A program made the translations under genes and the position numbers. DNA of 64,000 nt from a virus: positions 1-64,000 of IMG/VR virus record IMGVR_UViG_3300050821_005690; one strand, given 5' to 3'. The notes beneath the pieces are model-generated. The model was not told the origin of the DNA, searched no databases, and saw nothing but the letters and a program-made list of their open reading frames with translations. Positions 8,913-18,357 of this stretch are shown piece after piece. Numbering within the stretch: position 1 is the first letter of the stretch; the number at the start of each line of letters is the position of its first letter.

Positions 8913-9755
8913 ATGGGCGAGCTTCTCCCCCTGTCGGTTCTCAAGACCCTCTGGTCCCATGGGGATCAGCATGTGCCAGGGTTGATCGAGGGCATTGCGG
9001 CCTCAGCGCCTGCGGTGTTCGAAAAGTATGGCGTTACGACCACCTTGGAGGTTGCCCATATCATGGCGCAATTCTCCGAGGAATGTGGCGCCGGGTTGGA
9101 GATGGTCGAGAACTTGAACTATTCCGCCGAAGGATTGCGGCGAACCTTCCCGACCCATTTCACCGAGTCCATGGCCGAGCACTATGCCCACAACCCGCGC
9201 ATGATTGCCGACGTGGCCTATGGCGGGCGCATGGGCAACGCCCCGCCGCCCTCTGACGACGGCTGGAACTATCGCGGCAAGGGCCTGTCGCAATTGACCG
9301 GCAAGGCCAATTACACGCGCCTTGCGGTCGTTACCGGACTCGACGTGATCCACGACCCCGATATTCTTATTCGACCCGCCACGGCGCTCGAATGTGCCGT
9401 GGCTGATTTCGTCCGCATCTGCGGCTGCTTGCCGCTCGCCCGGCGCGACGACGTGCACGGGGTGACCCTCCATCTCAACGGGGGCTACAACGGCCTTGCG
9501 GAGCGCATACGCTGGCTTCGCGAATGGAAGGTGGCCCTGAAGCCGTTCTGGCAAACCGCACCAGCGGCCAAGCCACAGGCCTATACGCAGTCGTCAACGG
9601 GTACTCCCGTTCCCCTGAGTGGTGCGACCGATCCCCCGCCAGAAACGGCCGGCCAGGGGGTTTCCTGGGTCGGGCCGCCACCGCCGCCACCCAACCCGAG
9701 CCCGATCATGACGGCGCTGGCTAATCTCAAGGCCGAAGTCGAAAAGATCGTTTGA
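8913..9755 (+). CDS. endolysin, glycoside hydrolase family 19
   Basis: HIMAQ..EE, ENLNYSAEGL, YGGRMGN, DGWNYRGKGLSQLTGKANY, NGG.NGL.ER; Pro-rich C-terminal tail. Confidence 0.9.
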   Translation: MGELLPLSVLKTLWSHGDQHVPGLIEGIAASAPAVFEKYGVTTTLEVAHIMAQFSEECGAGLEMVENLNYSAEGLRRTFPTHFTESMAEHYAHNPRMIADVAYGGRMGNAPPPSDDGWNYRGKGLSQLTGKANYTRLAVVTGLDVIHDPDILIRPATALECAVADFVRICGCLPLARRDDVHGVTLHLNGGYNGLAERIRWLREWKVALKPFWQTAPAAKPQAYTQSSTGTPVPLSGATDPPPETAGQGVSWVGPPPPPPNPSPIMTALANLKAEVEKIV

Positions 9756-9768
9756 AAGGGAACCGTTT

Positions 9769-10341
9769 ATGACGATCAAAGGAGTGGTGCTGCTTTCCTA
9801 CGGGATGGGCGGAGCGGCGATCGAGACATGGTCGACCGGCCTTCGCCTGCTGACGCAGCGGTGCAAGGCGGCCGGCCTTGAGACCTTCGCCTCGCCGTAC
9901 AACTGGAGTCAGGTCAACGAGCTTGACGCGATCATCGCGCGGGTCCCAGCGGGCATCCCGATCGCGGTTGGCGGCTCAAGCCTGGGTGACGACAATGCGC
10001 CGGTCGTTGCGTCCCGCACCAAGCGGATCATCCGCTATCTGTTCGGGTTCCAGGACTCGATGTATGGCGTCAACGTCAAGGTGCCCGACAACGTCCAGTT
10101 CGCGGACAACATCTACAATCCATCCTGGATCCAGACCCTCGGCCTTGGTTATCGCCAGTGGAAGCGCACCACGCCCCGCTCGGACGACACCAAGACGGGA
10201 CGGCTTCGCAATATCCCGATCTATGCGCCACACCCGGACGACTGGGGGGTCGCGCAGGATATCGTGTTCTCGCGCATTCATGCGCTGATTGCGACGGCGC
10301 CGCCGCCGGTTGCGCCGATCACGGCAAGCTCGGGAGCGTAA
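9769..10341 (+). CDS. small alpha/beta-hydrolase-like protein (GxSxG)
   Basis: VLLSYGMGG, IAVGGSSLG nucleophile elbow, LFGFQDS, C-terminal His (APHPDD). Confidence 0.55.
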   Translation: MTIKGVVLLSYGMGGAAIETWSTGLRLLTQRCKAAGLETFASPYNWSQVNELDAIIARVPAGIPIAVGGSSLGDDNAPVVASRTKRIIRYLFGFQDSMYGVNVKVPDNVQFADNIYNPSWIQTLGLGYRQWKRTTPRSDDTKTGRLRNIPIYAPHPDDWGVAQDIVFSRIHALIATAPPPVAPITASSGA

Positions 10342-10343
10342 AA

Positions 10344-10604
10344 ATGGTAAACTCCGTGATATTAGCCCCGCTCGAACGGTGGGGCCTTCGCTTCGAGGGG
10401 TTCTCCGACGCGCAGATCACTCAACTCGAAGGGATCATGCCCGACATCGAGCACCTCGCGAACCTCGCCACCAAGGAGTTGCCGGCCGCCGAGAACTTGC
10501 TTAACCTCGTTGAGGCCGAGCTTCCGCGCATCAACCGCATCGTGCCGGTGATCGCGATGGCTATCCGCACCTTCAACGCCAAACAAAGGGGTTTAACGTC
10601 ATGA
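10344..10604 (+). CDS. hypothetical protein
   Basis: ATG 10344 just after the previous stop; ATGA overlap with the next gene. Confidence 0.6.
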   Translation: MVNSVILAPLERWGLRFEGFSDAQITQLEGIMPDIEHLANLATKELPAAENLLNLVEAELPRINRIVPVIAMAIRTFNAKQRGLTS

Positions 10605-11119
10605 CCACGACGCCTGCGAAGCCCGCTATCCCGGTTACTCCGCCGGCCGCGACCGGCTTGACCGCTTTCGTCCATAAGCTGGAAGTTGGGTTTGCGAAGG
10701 ACGAGCAATGGGTCGTCGCCGAGTTCACCAAGGGCTGGCAGTTATTGCAGAGCGCCGAGAAGACGGCCCAGGTGGACATAGAGAACATTTTCCATTGGAT
10801 TGCAGCGCACCAATCCACCCTCCTGGCCGCCCTCCAGGAAGCTCTCAGCGCGGCCTCGATTCTTGGGAACTTCATCCCTGGCGCCGGCCCGACCGTGGCA
10901 GCGGCCACGCTTGCGATCAACGCCGCCACCGAGGCCGTGAACGTGCTTTCAAAGTCGGTGCTCGCTGGGTCTACGCCGCTCTCAACGGCGGTCAGCGCCT
11001 ATCACGCCGTGAAAGATGCACAAACGGCGGTCAACGCGGTCCTCAAAGCAAGCACGACCAAGCCGCCGACAGTCTCTGCGGCGGCGGCCGCGGCGCCAGT
11101 GACGCCCGTGAAGTCGTAG
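10601..11119 (+). CDS. hypothetical Ala-rich protein
   Basis: Long ORF in an operon with overlapping start/stop codons. Confidence 0.7.
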   Translation: MTTTPAKPAIPVTPPAATGLTAFVHKLEVGFAKDEQWVVAEFTKGWQLLQSAEKTAQVDIENIFHWIAAHQSTLLAALQEALSAASILGNFIPGAGPTVAAATLAINAATEAVNVLSKSVLAGSTPLSTAVSAYHAVKDAQTAVNAVLKASTTKPPTVSAAAAAAPVTPVKS

Positions 11120-11151
11120 GGTAGACGCTACGCAGCTAGATTAGGTACTGT

Positions 11152-11185
11152 GAAGCCGCCCCGAATCGGGGGCGGCTTTTTCTTT
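11152..11185 (+). terminator. rho-independent terminator
   Basis: AAGCCGCCCC-GAATC-GGGGGCGGCTT followed by TTTCTTT. Confidence 0.8.
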
Positions 11186-11201
11186 GGTTCTGGGGGCGCA
11201 T

Positions 11202-11696
11202 ATGGCTGACGACGAGGTGAGGCCACAGACCTGGACTAATTCACAGCAGATCATTGCCTTTGCTGTGGTCGGCACGTTCATCGGGGTTATTTTAATCTGG
11301 CTGTTTCATCCCCCTCAGTCTTTGGACCAAGCGGCCCTCGGCATCATCAATATGCTGATCGGGGTCCTGGTCGCTAAATTTACGACTGTGGTGGACTACA
11401 CCTTTGGCTCCAGCGCAGAATCGAAGAACAAGGGCGACTCTCAAAGCCGCACTATCGACCGCCTCACGTCATCGCTCACTGGCACCGGCCCCGGCGTCGT
11501 AGCCGCTGCTAAGGCAGCGGCAGCGGAGGTTGCCCCTGCCGCTGCCGCCGTGGCCGCCCCTGCCGCTGCCGCCATGGCCGCCCCACCCGCCGCCGATGTA
11601 GCGGCACCGCCTGCAGCGGAGGTTGCCGTAGCGGAAGCGTTCGCCAAACGTGACGAAGATCACCCTGGAGGGAACAAAGATGGGTTTTCTCGCTGA
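11202..11696 (+). CDS. holin-like two-TM membrane protein with Ala/Pro repeat tail
   Basis: Two hydrophobic helices, then VVDYTFGSS..SK.K (holin-like); close to the endolysin. Confidence 0.6.
   Translation: MADDEVRPQTWTNSQQIIAFAVVGTFIGVILIWLFHPPQSLDQAALGIINMLIGVLVAKFTTVVDYTFGSSAESKNKGDSQSRTIDRLTSSLTGTGPGVVAAAKAAAAEVAPAAAAVAAPAAAAMAAPPAADVAAPPAAEVAVAEAFAKRDEDHPGGNKDGFSR
11532..11627 (+). repeat. imperfect 24-bp coding tandem repeat (about 4 copies)
   Basis: GCCCCTGCCGCTGCCGCCRTGGCC twice plus two degenerate copies, encoding AP(A/P)AAxVA units. Confidence 0.7.
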
Positions 11697-11955
11697 TCTA
11701 AAGGCGCTGTTCACAACTGCGCCGACCTACGCCCAGAAAGTGCAATATCTCGATAACAAGGCGTCGACTGTCGGCGGCAATCTCAACTGGCGCAACTCCG
11801 TCGTTGATTTCCTCAAGCTGATGGGGATGGACAGCAGCATGAGTTCGCGAGCGACGCTTGCTAAAGAGTTGGGCTATGCAGGCGAGTACACCGGCACATC
11901 CGAGCAAAACGAATGGCTCAAGCAAAACCTCATGGATCATTTGGTGCGGAATTGA
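11680..11955 (+). CDS. DUF3597-domain protein
   Basis: LNWRNSVVDFLKL.GMDSS.S.R..LAKELGY.G.....N.WL. Confidence 0.8.
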   Translation: MGFLADLKALFTTAPTYAQKVQYLDNKASTVGGNLNWRNSVVDFLKLMGMDSSMSSRATLAKELGYAGEYTGTSEQNEWLKQNLMDHLVRN

Positions 11956-12176
11956 CGGCCGAGTTCGATCCGAGGCAAGAGGCTTTGGCAGCGGTGCGCG
12001 CGGCGTTCCATGAAAACATCAAGACTGTCTCGTCCGCTACCCTGGCCAGGGCGGCGGGGGGCGAACCTGTCGATAGCGTTATGGCCCACTTTCGCCTATC
12101 TCTTCATCTCGTCTTTTCGCTCTACGAGATGCACGTTAAAGAGATCGAAAGGCTTGGTGAGGCGAGAGCGGTATGA
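11952..12176 (+). CDS. hypothetical protein
   Basis: TTG start overlapping the previous stop. Confidence 0.45.
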   Translation: MTAEFDPRQEALAAVRAAFHENIKTVSSATLARAAGGEPVDSVMAHFRLSLHLVFSLYEMHVKEIERLGEARAV

Positions 12177-12204
12177 AGGTTGAGAGGAGAAGGGGGGGCA
12201 AGCA

Positions 12205-12960
12205 ATGGTCAGGCGAGTACCAAGCGCCGACGAATCCAACGGCGGTGCTCTGCGCTATAACACTGGTGTCATGGCAGACCCGACACCGCTGACTACGCAG
12301 CAATTGCTGCGCGAGAACTTCTGGCTTCGCGAGCTTCTTGAAGCGCAACTCGGTGCGATCGAAGCTCGTATAGACGCGAGCGACAAAGCCGTCAAACTGT
12401 TGCAGGCATTTGCCGACCGGACCCCGACAACCATGGACGTGCAGCATGAGGTATTCGCGCTTCGCGAGGTTCTGTCGGAGAAGCTGGCCGGGGTAAAGAC
12501 GCAAATCTCCGAGCGCGACAACCAGGGCGACAAGGCTACCAAGGTCGTCGAGGCTGCGGTCGCCAACGCTTTTGCGGCGGCAAAGGAGGTTGTCAACAAG
12601 AGCGAGGGGCAATTCAAAGAGCAGATCAATGGGATCACTTCTCAGATCAACACCATAACGAAAAACTATGACGACAAGATCGGCGGCATCGCAAAGTCCT
12701 ATGAGGGACAGGTCGGCGACATCAAAGAGCGGCTGACCATAATCGAGAGCAAGACATCGATCAGCGATCCTTCTACGGCGATCACGCTGGCGAAGCTCGA
12801 CGCAACGGTGGCGCGGTTGACATCGACCGGGGACGTCTCCAGCGGCCGCTCGGCTGGCGCGATTGCTTTGTGGGGGATCATTTTGGGATGCCTTGGTGCT
12901 GCTGTTTCGATAGGCACTCTCATCGTCGTCGCCATGAGCGTCATGAAGGCCCATGGCTAG
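12205..12960 (+). CDS. coiled-coil protein with C-terminal TM helix (lysis-region membrane protein)
   Basis: Heptad-like helical body and a hydrophobic C-terminal segment. Confidence 0.7.
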   Translation: MVRRVPSADESNGGALRYNTGVMADPTPLTTQQLLRENFWLRELLEAQLGAIEARIDASDKAVKLLQAFADRTPTTMDVQHEVFALREVLSEKLAGVKTQISERDNQGDKATKVVEAAVANAFAAAKEVVNKSEGQFKEQINGITSQINTITKNYDDKIGGIAKSYEGQVGDIKERLTIIESKTSISDPSTAITLAKLDATVARLTSTGDVSSGRSAGAIALWGIILGCLGAAVSIGTLIVVAMSVMKAHG

Positions 12961-13226
12961 GTGACGGCGTCGCCGGGCGGCTTAGTCCGCATCTCCTGGA
13001 GAATTTCGGCCAAGGCCTGACAGGTCAAGCTCCACGTCAACTCATCCCCCCGCATCAACGCGGCCACCAGACTTCGCCGGGCATTATCTATTAGTCTGCG
13101 TTCTTCCGGCGTTGCGGGACGGTAAGGGGTCGGGTTGCGGCCCTTAAAGCACTCGTAACACAGCCCCGTCGTGTTCTTACGCTGCCGAAGCATCCTTCCG
13201 CAGCGCACGCATGCCCGTCTTCTCAT
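12957..13226 (-). CDS. small zinc-finger protein
   Basis: CVRC...CYEC; GAGGGA RBS. Confidence 0.55.
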   Translation of the reverse strand: MRRRACVRCGRMLRQRKNTTGLCYECFKGRNPTPYRPATPEERRLIDNARRSLVAALMRGDELTWSLTCQALAEILQEMRTKPPGDAVT

Positions 13227-13370
13227 CCTGCCGTCCCTCTTGCCCTCGCTTGCCGGGCCGGCTATAAATCAACGGTGGCGCCCGGACATTCGGAGCGCTG
13301 CATGAGCGTCCTCCTTGGACGTTTCCTCCCAGTAGTCTCAGACTGGGCCGCGCGCGCAGCGGCCCATTTT

Positions 13371-13604
13371 TTATTCGCCGAGCAGGGCGTTAAGGTCGCG
13401 CACGACCTCGGTGCCAAGCATCGTGAGTACGAAGTCTCGGGCAAGCGCCCCACGAGTTATATTCCGATCGCGAGCTATGCGATCGAGCGCCGCGAACTGC
13501 TCGTGGGTCAGGTGGATCGAGACGTGACGTATCTTCCCTGTGGTCACCCTGGCGTAATCACCGCGATAGGTGCTTGCCGCCCGAGAGTGTGGGGCGCTCG
13601 TCAT
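13371..13604 (-). CDS. ribbon-helix-helix (CopG-like) regulator
   Basis: VSIHLTHEQFAALDRIARDRNITRGALAR. Confidence 0.65.
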   Translation of the reverse strand: MTSAPHSRAASTYRGDYARVTTGKIRHVSIHLTHEQFAALDRIARDRNITRGALARDFVLTMLGTEVVRDLNALLGE

Positions 13605-14140
13605 AGCGGCATCGGACCAGAATAGCTGATCGGGTGCGACGCTGGTGCGCGCACGAACACCAAGCCAGTCGTTCTCACGCGATGCGTTGCCCAACTGTCG
13701 GCGACAAGCACGCTGCGACCGTCATAAGAACCGGGAACGACCGGGGCGACATGCCGCCCTGGCCTCACGGCTGCATTTGCTGCTGCAGGCTCAACGTGGG
13801 GGAACTTCCTCCAATCATCCGCCCACCAGAGATTGACGCCCCTCCAGAACTGATCGACGACGCCGAGCACCTTCCACCCCGCCCAGCATCCGCAGGGACC
13901 GCCCATCGAGGCGGCCCGCCAGAAGCAAGCCGGCTTGCCGCCGCTCCCGACGTGAACAGGGTCTCGGTGCCTAACGTAGTGGCGCTGATGGTGATACCGG
14001 AAATGCCGCATCGCCAGATAGCGGCCGAAGTGAACGTGTCGGTGATAATGGTGTCGCAGGTGTCGGTAGCTCGCGTCTGCCTGGGAACTCAACATCGTGA
14101 TGGCGGACGCAATAGTGCCAATGAGTAGTAAGACTCTCAT
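13601..14140 (-). CDS. exported His/Arg-rich protein with CHAP-like Cys/His domain
   Basis: Signal peptide, HR-rich linker, PCGCWA...W.KFP...AVRPGRHVA...LVADS. Confidence 0.55.
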   Translation of the reverse strand: MRVLLLIGTIASAITMLSSQADASYRHLRHHYHRHVHFGRYLAMRHFRYHHQRHYVRHRDPVHVGSGGKPACFWRAASMGGPCGCWAGWKVLGVVDQFWRGVNLWWADDWRKFPHVEPAAANAAVRPGRHVAPVVPGSYDGRSVLVADSWATHRVRTTGLVFVRAPASHPISYSGPMPL

Positions 14141-14244
14141 TTCACCCTCTCTGTTCCGGCCCTTCAACGGGGCCGCCCCAAACCTATAGGGAAAAGTTTC
14201 CCTTGCGCAACCCGCAATTTTCCGTGTAGTTTTCCACAGGCTTT

Positions 14245-14526
14245 GTGGAGGGGGATCGAGTGTTTGCCATCCCGGTTTTCCTGATCGCCATTGCTGCATT
14301 TTTGGCACCAATAGCTCCGGTCCTTAGCGCCGTGGGCGCGAGCGCCGGGCTCTACGGCGACTACCAGCGGACCCACTCGGTCAGCGTCAACCGCAAACAG
14401 TTCAACGCCATGCGGCGCGACATCGCTAGCCTCAAGCGCGAGGTGGCGCAGTTGCGCTTGCTTGTTCGCAAGCAGCATGCTGGCGGCACAAAGATCGCCC
14501 ATCGGAGACACCGAGTCAGATCGTAA
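14245..14526 (+). CDS. hypothetical membrane/coiled-coil protein
   Basis: Hydrophobic N-terminus and a short coiled coil. Confidence 0.5.
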   Translation: MEGDRVFAIPVFLIAIAAFLAPIAPVLSAVGASAGLYGDYQRTHSVSVNRKQFNAMRRDIASLKREVAQLRLLVRKQHAGGTKIAHRRHRVRS

Positions 14527-14550
14527 TCCCCGTAGTGTAGGAGTAGCGCA

Positions 14551-14949
14551 ATGAGTGAGTATCTTTCTCGTCGGAAGCGTGACGTACTGATTGATCACCT
14601 CGACGGGCGTCTGGTCGTCATCCGCAACAAGCACGCCGCCGTTCTCAAGGGGGTAGAAGCCACCGAGTGGGAAAGGAATCGGGTATCCACGAAGAGCCTT
14701 GTTGGCGATGGATACCTGGAAGAAGTTGGCGACATTCACACCCAAATCACCCAGAAGGGGCGAGAAGCCCTGGCCGAGCTTCTGGCGGATCACGCCGAAG
14801 CGCTGATCCAAGCTGGCTGGGATGCAGAGGCCGTTCCGCGCACGCCTGCGATATGGCTCCATCTGATCGAGCGGAAGATCAAATCATCCTTCAGGCCAGG
14901 ACCAGATACGGCGATGTCGACCTTGTCCTCGGCGGCCGGATCGACGTGA
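14551..14949 (+). CDS. hypothetical protein with winged-helix-like segment
   Basis: SLVGDGYLEE...ITQKGREAL; AGGAG RBS. Confidence 0.55.
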   Translation: MSEYLSRRKRDVLIDHLDGRLVVIRNKHAAVLKGVEATEWERNRVSTKSLVGDGYLEEVGDIHTQITQKGREALAELLADHAEALIQAGWDAEAVPRTPAIWLHLIERKIKSSFRPGPDTAMSTLSSAAGST

Positions 14950-15820
14950 ATCACGACGGCGTCCCATGTGTCGCCCGCGATCGAACAGTAGACGCATCGC
15001 TCGTTAATCGCGCGCAAATCAAGCCGCCTTTATCCTTGTATGGCTGCCACGGCTAAGATGCCTATGGCACCGACAAAAACAGCAATGGCAATACGGCGCA
15101 TGACTTCCGGCCCTCGGTTAATCACAAGCTGGGTCAACGGGGCTTACTCAATTCGCGAGCGCGGAGCCACAGCTTACCTTCTGGTAGCGCCGTTCCAATT
15201 CCGCGATCTAGATTTGTGTAGTCATACAGGGCAACGATCTGGGCCAAAACCTGATAAGCTTCGCGAAGCTTCTTGGCTTCTACACCGTCCAAGACCGGCC
15301 TGTCGTCGCGAAGTTTTAGTACGGGGCCGGGGCTACTTTCCAAGTTTTCACGGCCGTGGCAGTGCGCCCCGGTCCCCTACGGCTGTCGCGACAGCCGATT
15401 TCTTCACCGGCAACCCTGAAGGCGCGGCCTCACACCGTGCTTCAGGGCGCCAGTTGAGGTCGGACGCACAGAGGAAGCGCCTCTAATCGTCCGGCGCGAG
15501 ATATTCCCTTTGACACAGCGATCCATTGGAGGCAAGAGAGGCACCGAGGCTACCGGCGCGGCACAGCCGCACTCAATCGCACTCACCGAACCGTCATGCT
15601 TCTCCGATGTGGGCGGATGTTCTATGCGAGGTAACAGCTCTCATGCTCGTGTCAAATGCTGCTAGGCCCATGAGAGTGATCCGTCGGTGACGGCGGATTG
15701 CCGGCATAGAGATCGGTGGCGCTAAGATCGGTGTAGGGGAAGTGGCTCCCTGGTGCGAGGTGATGGCCGCTGCCGGTTACAGATTGCGTCGCCCAAATGA
15801 AGAATTGGTGGCTGCCTTTC

Positions 15821-16684
15821 TTAATCGTCGGCGTATTTATTTGCTGGCTGTGTGCCGACATTGTGTTTCTTTCCGTGAATTAGCGCCGGGCGCGCCCAGC
15901 GTCTTTGAAACGCACGCCAGTTAGATCCCGGCGCATGCTTCTCTTGGCTCTTAGTGTCCGGCCGCCACAGCATAGCGAACGGCGTGAACCCGATCGACAT
16001 CAAGTCGGTAAGCCGCTTTGTAGCGGCGTCGAACGTGTCCTTGGGATAACCGATCAGACAGTACGATCGCAGACGATGGGATCGAGCGGTGAAGCCTGCT
16101 GCCAGGAGCTTGCTGGCGGCAACAGCCAGAGTCTCAAACTCGTCCTGGGGATCGTAGGCAAAGAACATATTCGGCCGGGGCGTCAGGCTCGCTAGCAGAT
16201 CCACTTGGTAGTCCTGCAGCGATAGAGCTTCCAGGCCGCCGGTGAACTCGACCCTGCGCTTTTGCCGCCGTAACATTTGGAAAACCGCCTCGACGTGCGG
16301 GCGCGGGCAGGCGAGCAAGTTATCGTCGAGGATGTTCCAGGCGTCATGGATTGGCAGCAAGTTGACGGTCGGCCACATCTTGGGGACCTTGCAGAACCAG
16401 CATCGGCGCGGACAGCCCCGCGAGGTGATCGTGTAGCCGGGCTTGATGTAGCGGCCGGGGATAAATTCGAGGCTCGTGTCATTAAAGGCCACGCCGCCGA
16501 TCTTCACGGGTGCCACCGACTTCCATTGTTCGGCAAGTCCCTCGGCCCGCGCCTTGTCATAGGTGAACGTGACCGAGACGTGCACCTCGTCGGCTTCATC
16601 GAAAAATCCAGGTGGTCCGAAGCGGACAAGATCGTCGTCCGGTGTGGCCTTTGTCTTTCGCGGGAAGACGCGGATCAGTCTCAT
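15821..16684 (-). CDS. radical SAM protein
   Basis: TSRGCPRRCWFC (CxxxCxxC), LDDNLLA, F.GGLEA, YCLIGY. Confidence 0.85.
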   Translation of the reverse strand: MRLIRVFPRKTKATPDDDLVRFGPPGFFDEADEVHVSVTFTYDKARAEGLAEQWKSVAPVKIGGVAFNDTSLEFIPGRYIKPGYTITSRGCPRRCWFCKVPKMWPTVNLLPIHDAWNILDDNLLACPRPHVEAVFQMLRRQKRRVEFTGGLEALSLQDYQVDLLASLTPRPNMFFAYDPQDEFETLAVAASKLLAAGFTARSHRLRSYCLIGYPKDTFDAATKRLTDLMSIGFTPFAMLWRPDTKSQEKHAPGSNWRAFQRRWARPALIHGKKHNVGTQPANKYADD

Positions 16685-17910
16685 TTTAGTTCTGGTTTAA
16701 CTATTGTCTCGATCATTTGCCGGAGGCCCGGCGCTGGTGTTATCTCCATACAATCCAGGTTGACGTTTGTCTGCGCGGTATAAAAAGCCATGGCCTTCGC
16801 CGCCCTATGGATTGTTGATTCGGGGGTGGTGCCGCCGTGGTGCTTGCGCAAAATTTGAAGCGTGGTCCTCCCTTCACGCAAGCAATCATTGATGATCTTC
16901 AAGCAGACCTTCTCGTAGAATTTTTCGTCACCTGGGTCTATGTCGTCAAACTCGCGGGCGGCTTCCGAGAGGTCTTGTTGGGTGAACCTCATTTGTCCTC
17001 CCTCCCTTTGCGGCACATCTCGCGTATGAACATCGCCTCTTCGTTGTCACCATAGTCTGAGTCGCCACAGATCGCGCAGGTAAAGACTGGCACGGAGCAA
17101 CCGCAGTCGTCGCCCTGGCCGCATCCGGCGTTGCAGCGGCCGACGTGGCGCATGTCGTGCTCGCGCTCGCATCCCATGATCTAGCGCCTATCGCAACGGG
17201 TGGCAGGAATCGTGGAGCAACGCAGCCCGCGTGGGTAGTCGGTGCCATATACGACAAAAGCGGTGCTGATGGTCCCGGTTAGTGCCGCGATGATGATGAC
17301 AGCAATAGCAAGGCGTGTCTTGGCGTATTTCATTGGCGCTTCAATATCGCCACGGCGTGCTAACCCACTTGCAGATCCGCCCGACCGCAAAGCCGAAGAG
17401 CAAGCTTAACAGGCACCCAAGAGCGAACGCCAACGCAAATTCAAGTGGTGTCATGTGCATCTGTGTCTCCATTTTGATTTCAAAAGCGCCTGCGGGTTGG
17501 GGCACCATGCCCCCTTCCTCACGCAACCTTTGCAGATTTCGTCGGGCGAGGACGCGAAACCACCTCCCTCGTTGCCAACATCCCGTAGGCGCTTAAGTCG
17601 AAGGGGCGCCGTGTTGGGCGATATGCCCGTTCGACTCAATCGCGCCCGAACTCCCTGCTAGGGGTTTCACGGCGCCCCAAATGTTAAACTTCCTCATGCC
17701 GACGATCACCAAGCGGATCGATGCTTCGAAGCCGCGCCGCCCACGCACACTCTGGACACTGCGCACGTCTGGGCACACCTGCACTCGCCTTGCGGACCAC
17801 CTTGTGTCCGCACTCAAGCTTGAGCCTGATCGATTTAGGCTGGTAGCCGGTGTAGCGGCAGGCGCCGACGTACTCGTGGTCGATGACCCAGCGGGATGGC
17901 ATATTCGGAT

Positions 17911-18357
17911 TCATAGCGAGGGCTCCCGATCCTTCGGGCGCTGAACGCGAGCGGCCTTCTTCGCAAGCCACTCGCGCTGCCGCTCGATGATTTCAACGAG
18001 GCTCAAAAACTCCTGCCGGTGCGCACCGATCAGTTTCTCGATAGCGACAAGCTCGCTCCTAAGACGGTCGCCACGATCATTGTGTCGCCGAAAATAATAT
18101 GTTCCGCGCTCCCACTCGATCTCGCGCGCGAGAGCAAGGCGGGGATCGTCGTTCCAGTCACGCCACCGCGTCGCGGCATCGGAGCACGTCATGCAGGTCA
18201 GCATGGCTGTCCTTTGTCGGCCAAGGTCCTTCAGGCGCCGGTCGTACGTTTCCCGTGTAATCACGCGGTTCGCCTCTGTGAGACCGCATTCGGTGATGTC
18301 GGCCGAGTCCCGCCATGGCAGCCTCGGCCGCAGGATGTGGTCGACCGGGTCCTTCAT
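17911..18357 (-). CDS. hypothetical protein
   Basis: ATGA overlap with the helicase gene; H..R, ECG and CMTC motifs. Confidence 0.65.
   Translation of the reverse strand: MKDPVDHILRPRLPWRDSADITECGLTEANRVITRETYDRRLKDLGRQRTAMLTCMTCSDAATRWRDWNDDPRLALAREIEWERGTYYFRRHNDRGDRLRSELVAIEKLIGAHRQEFLSLVEIIERQREWLAKKAARVQRPKDREPSL

Noticed and set aside
11532-11627. Tandem repeats as a CRISPR-like array
   Set aside because: In-frame coding repeats with no unique spacers and no cas genes.
17603-17678. Possible tRNA (GTTCGAC loop)
   Set aside because: No D arm, anticodon arm or CCA geometry; kept only as an unassigned structured element.
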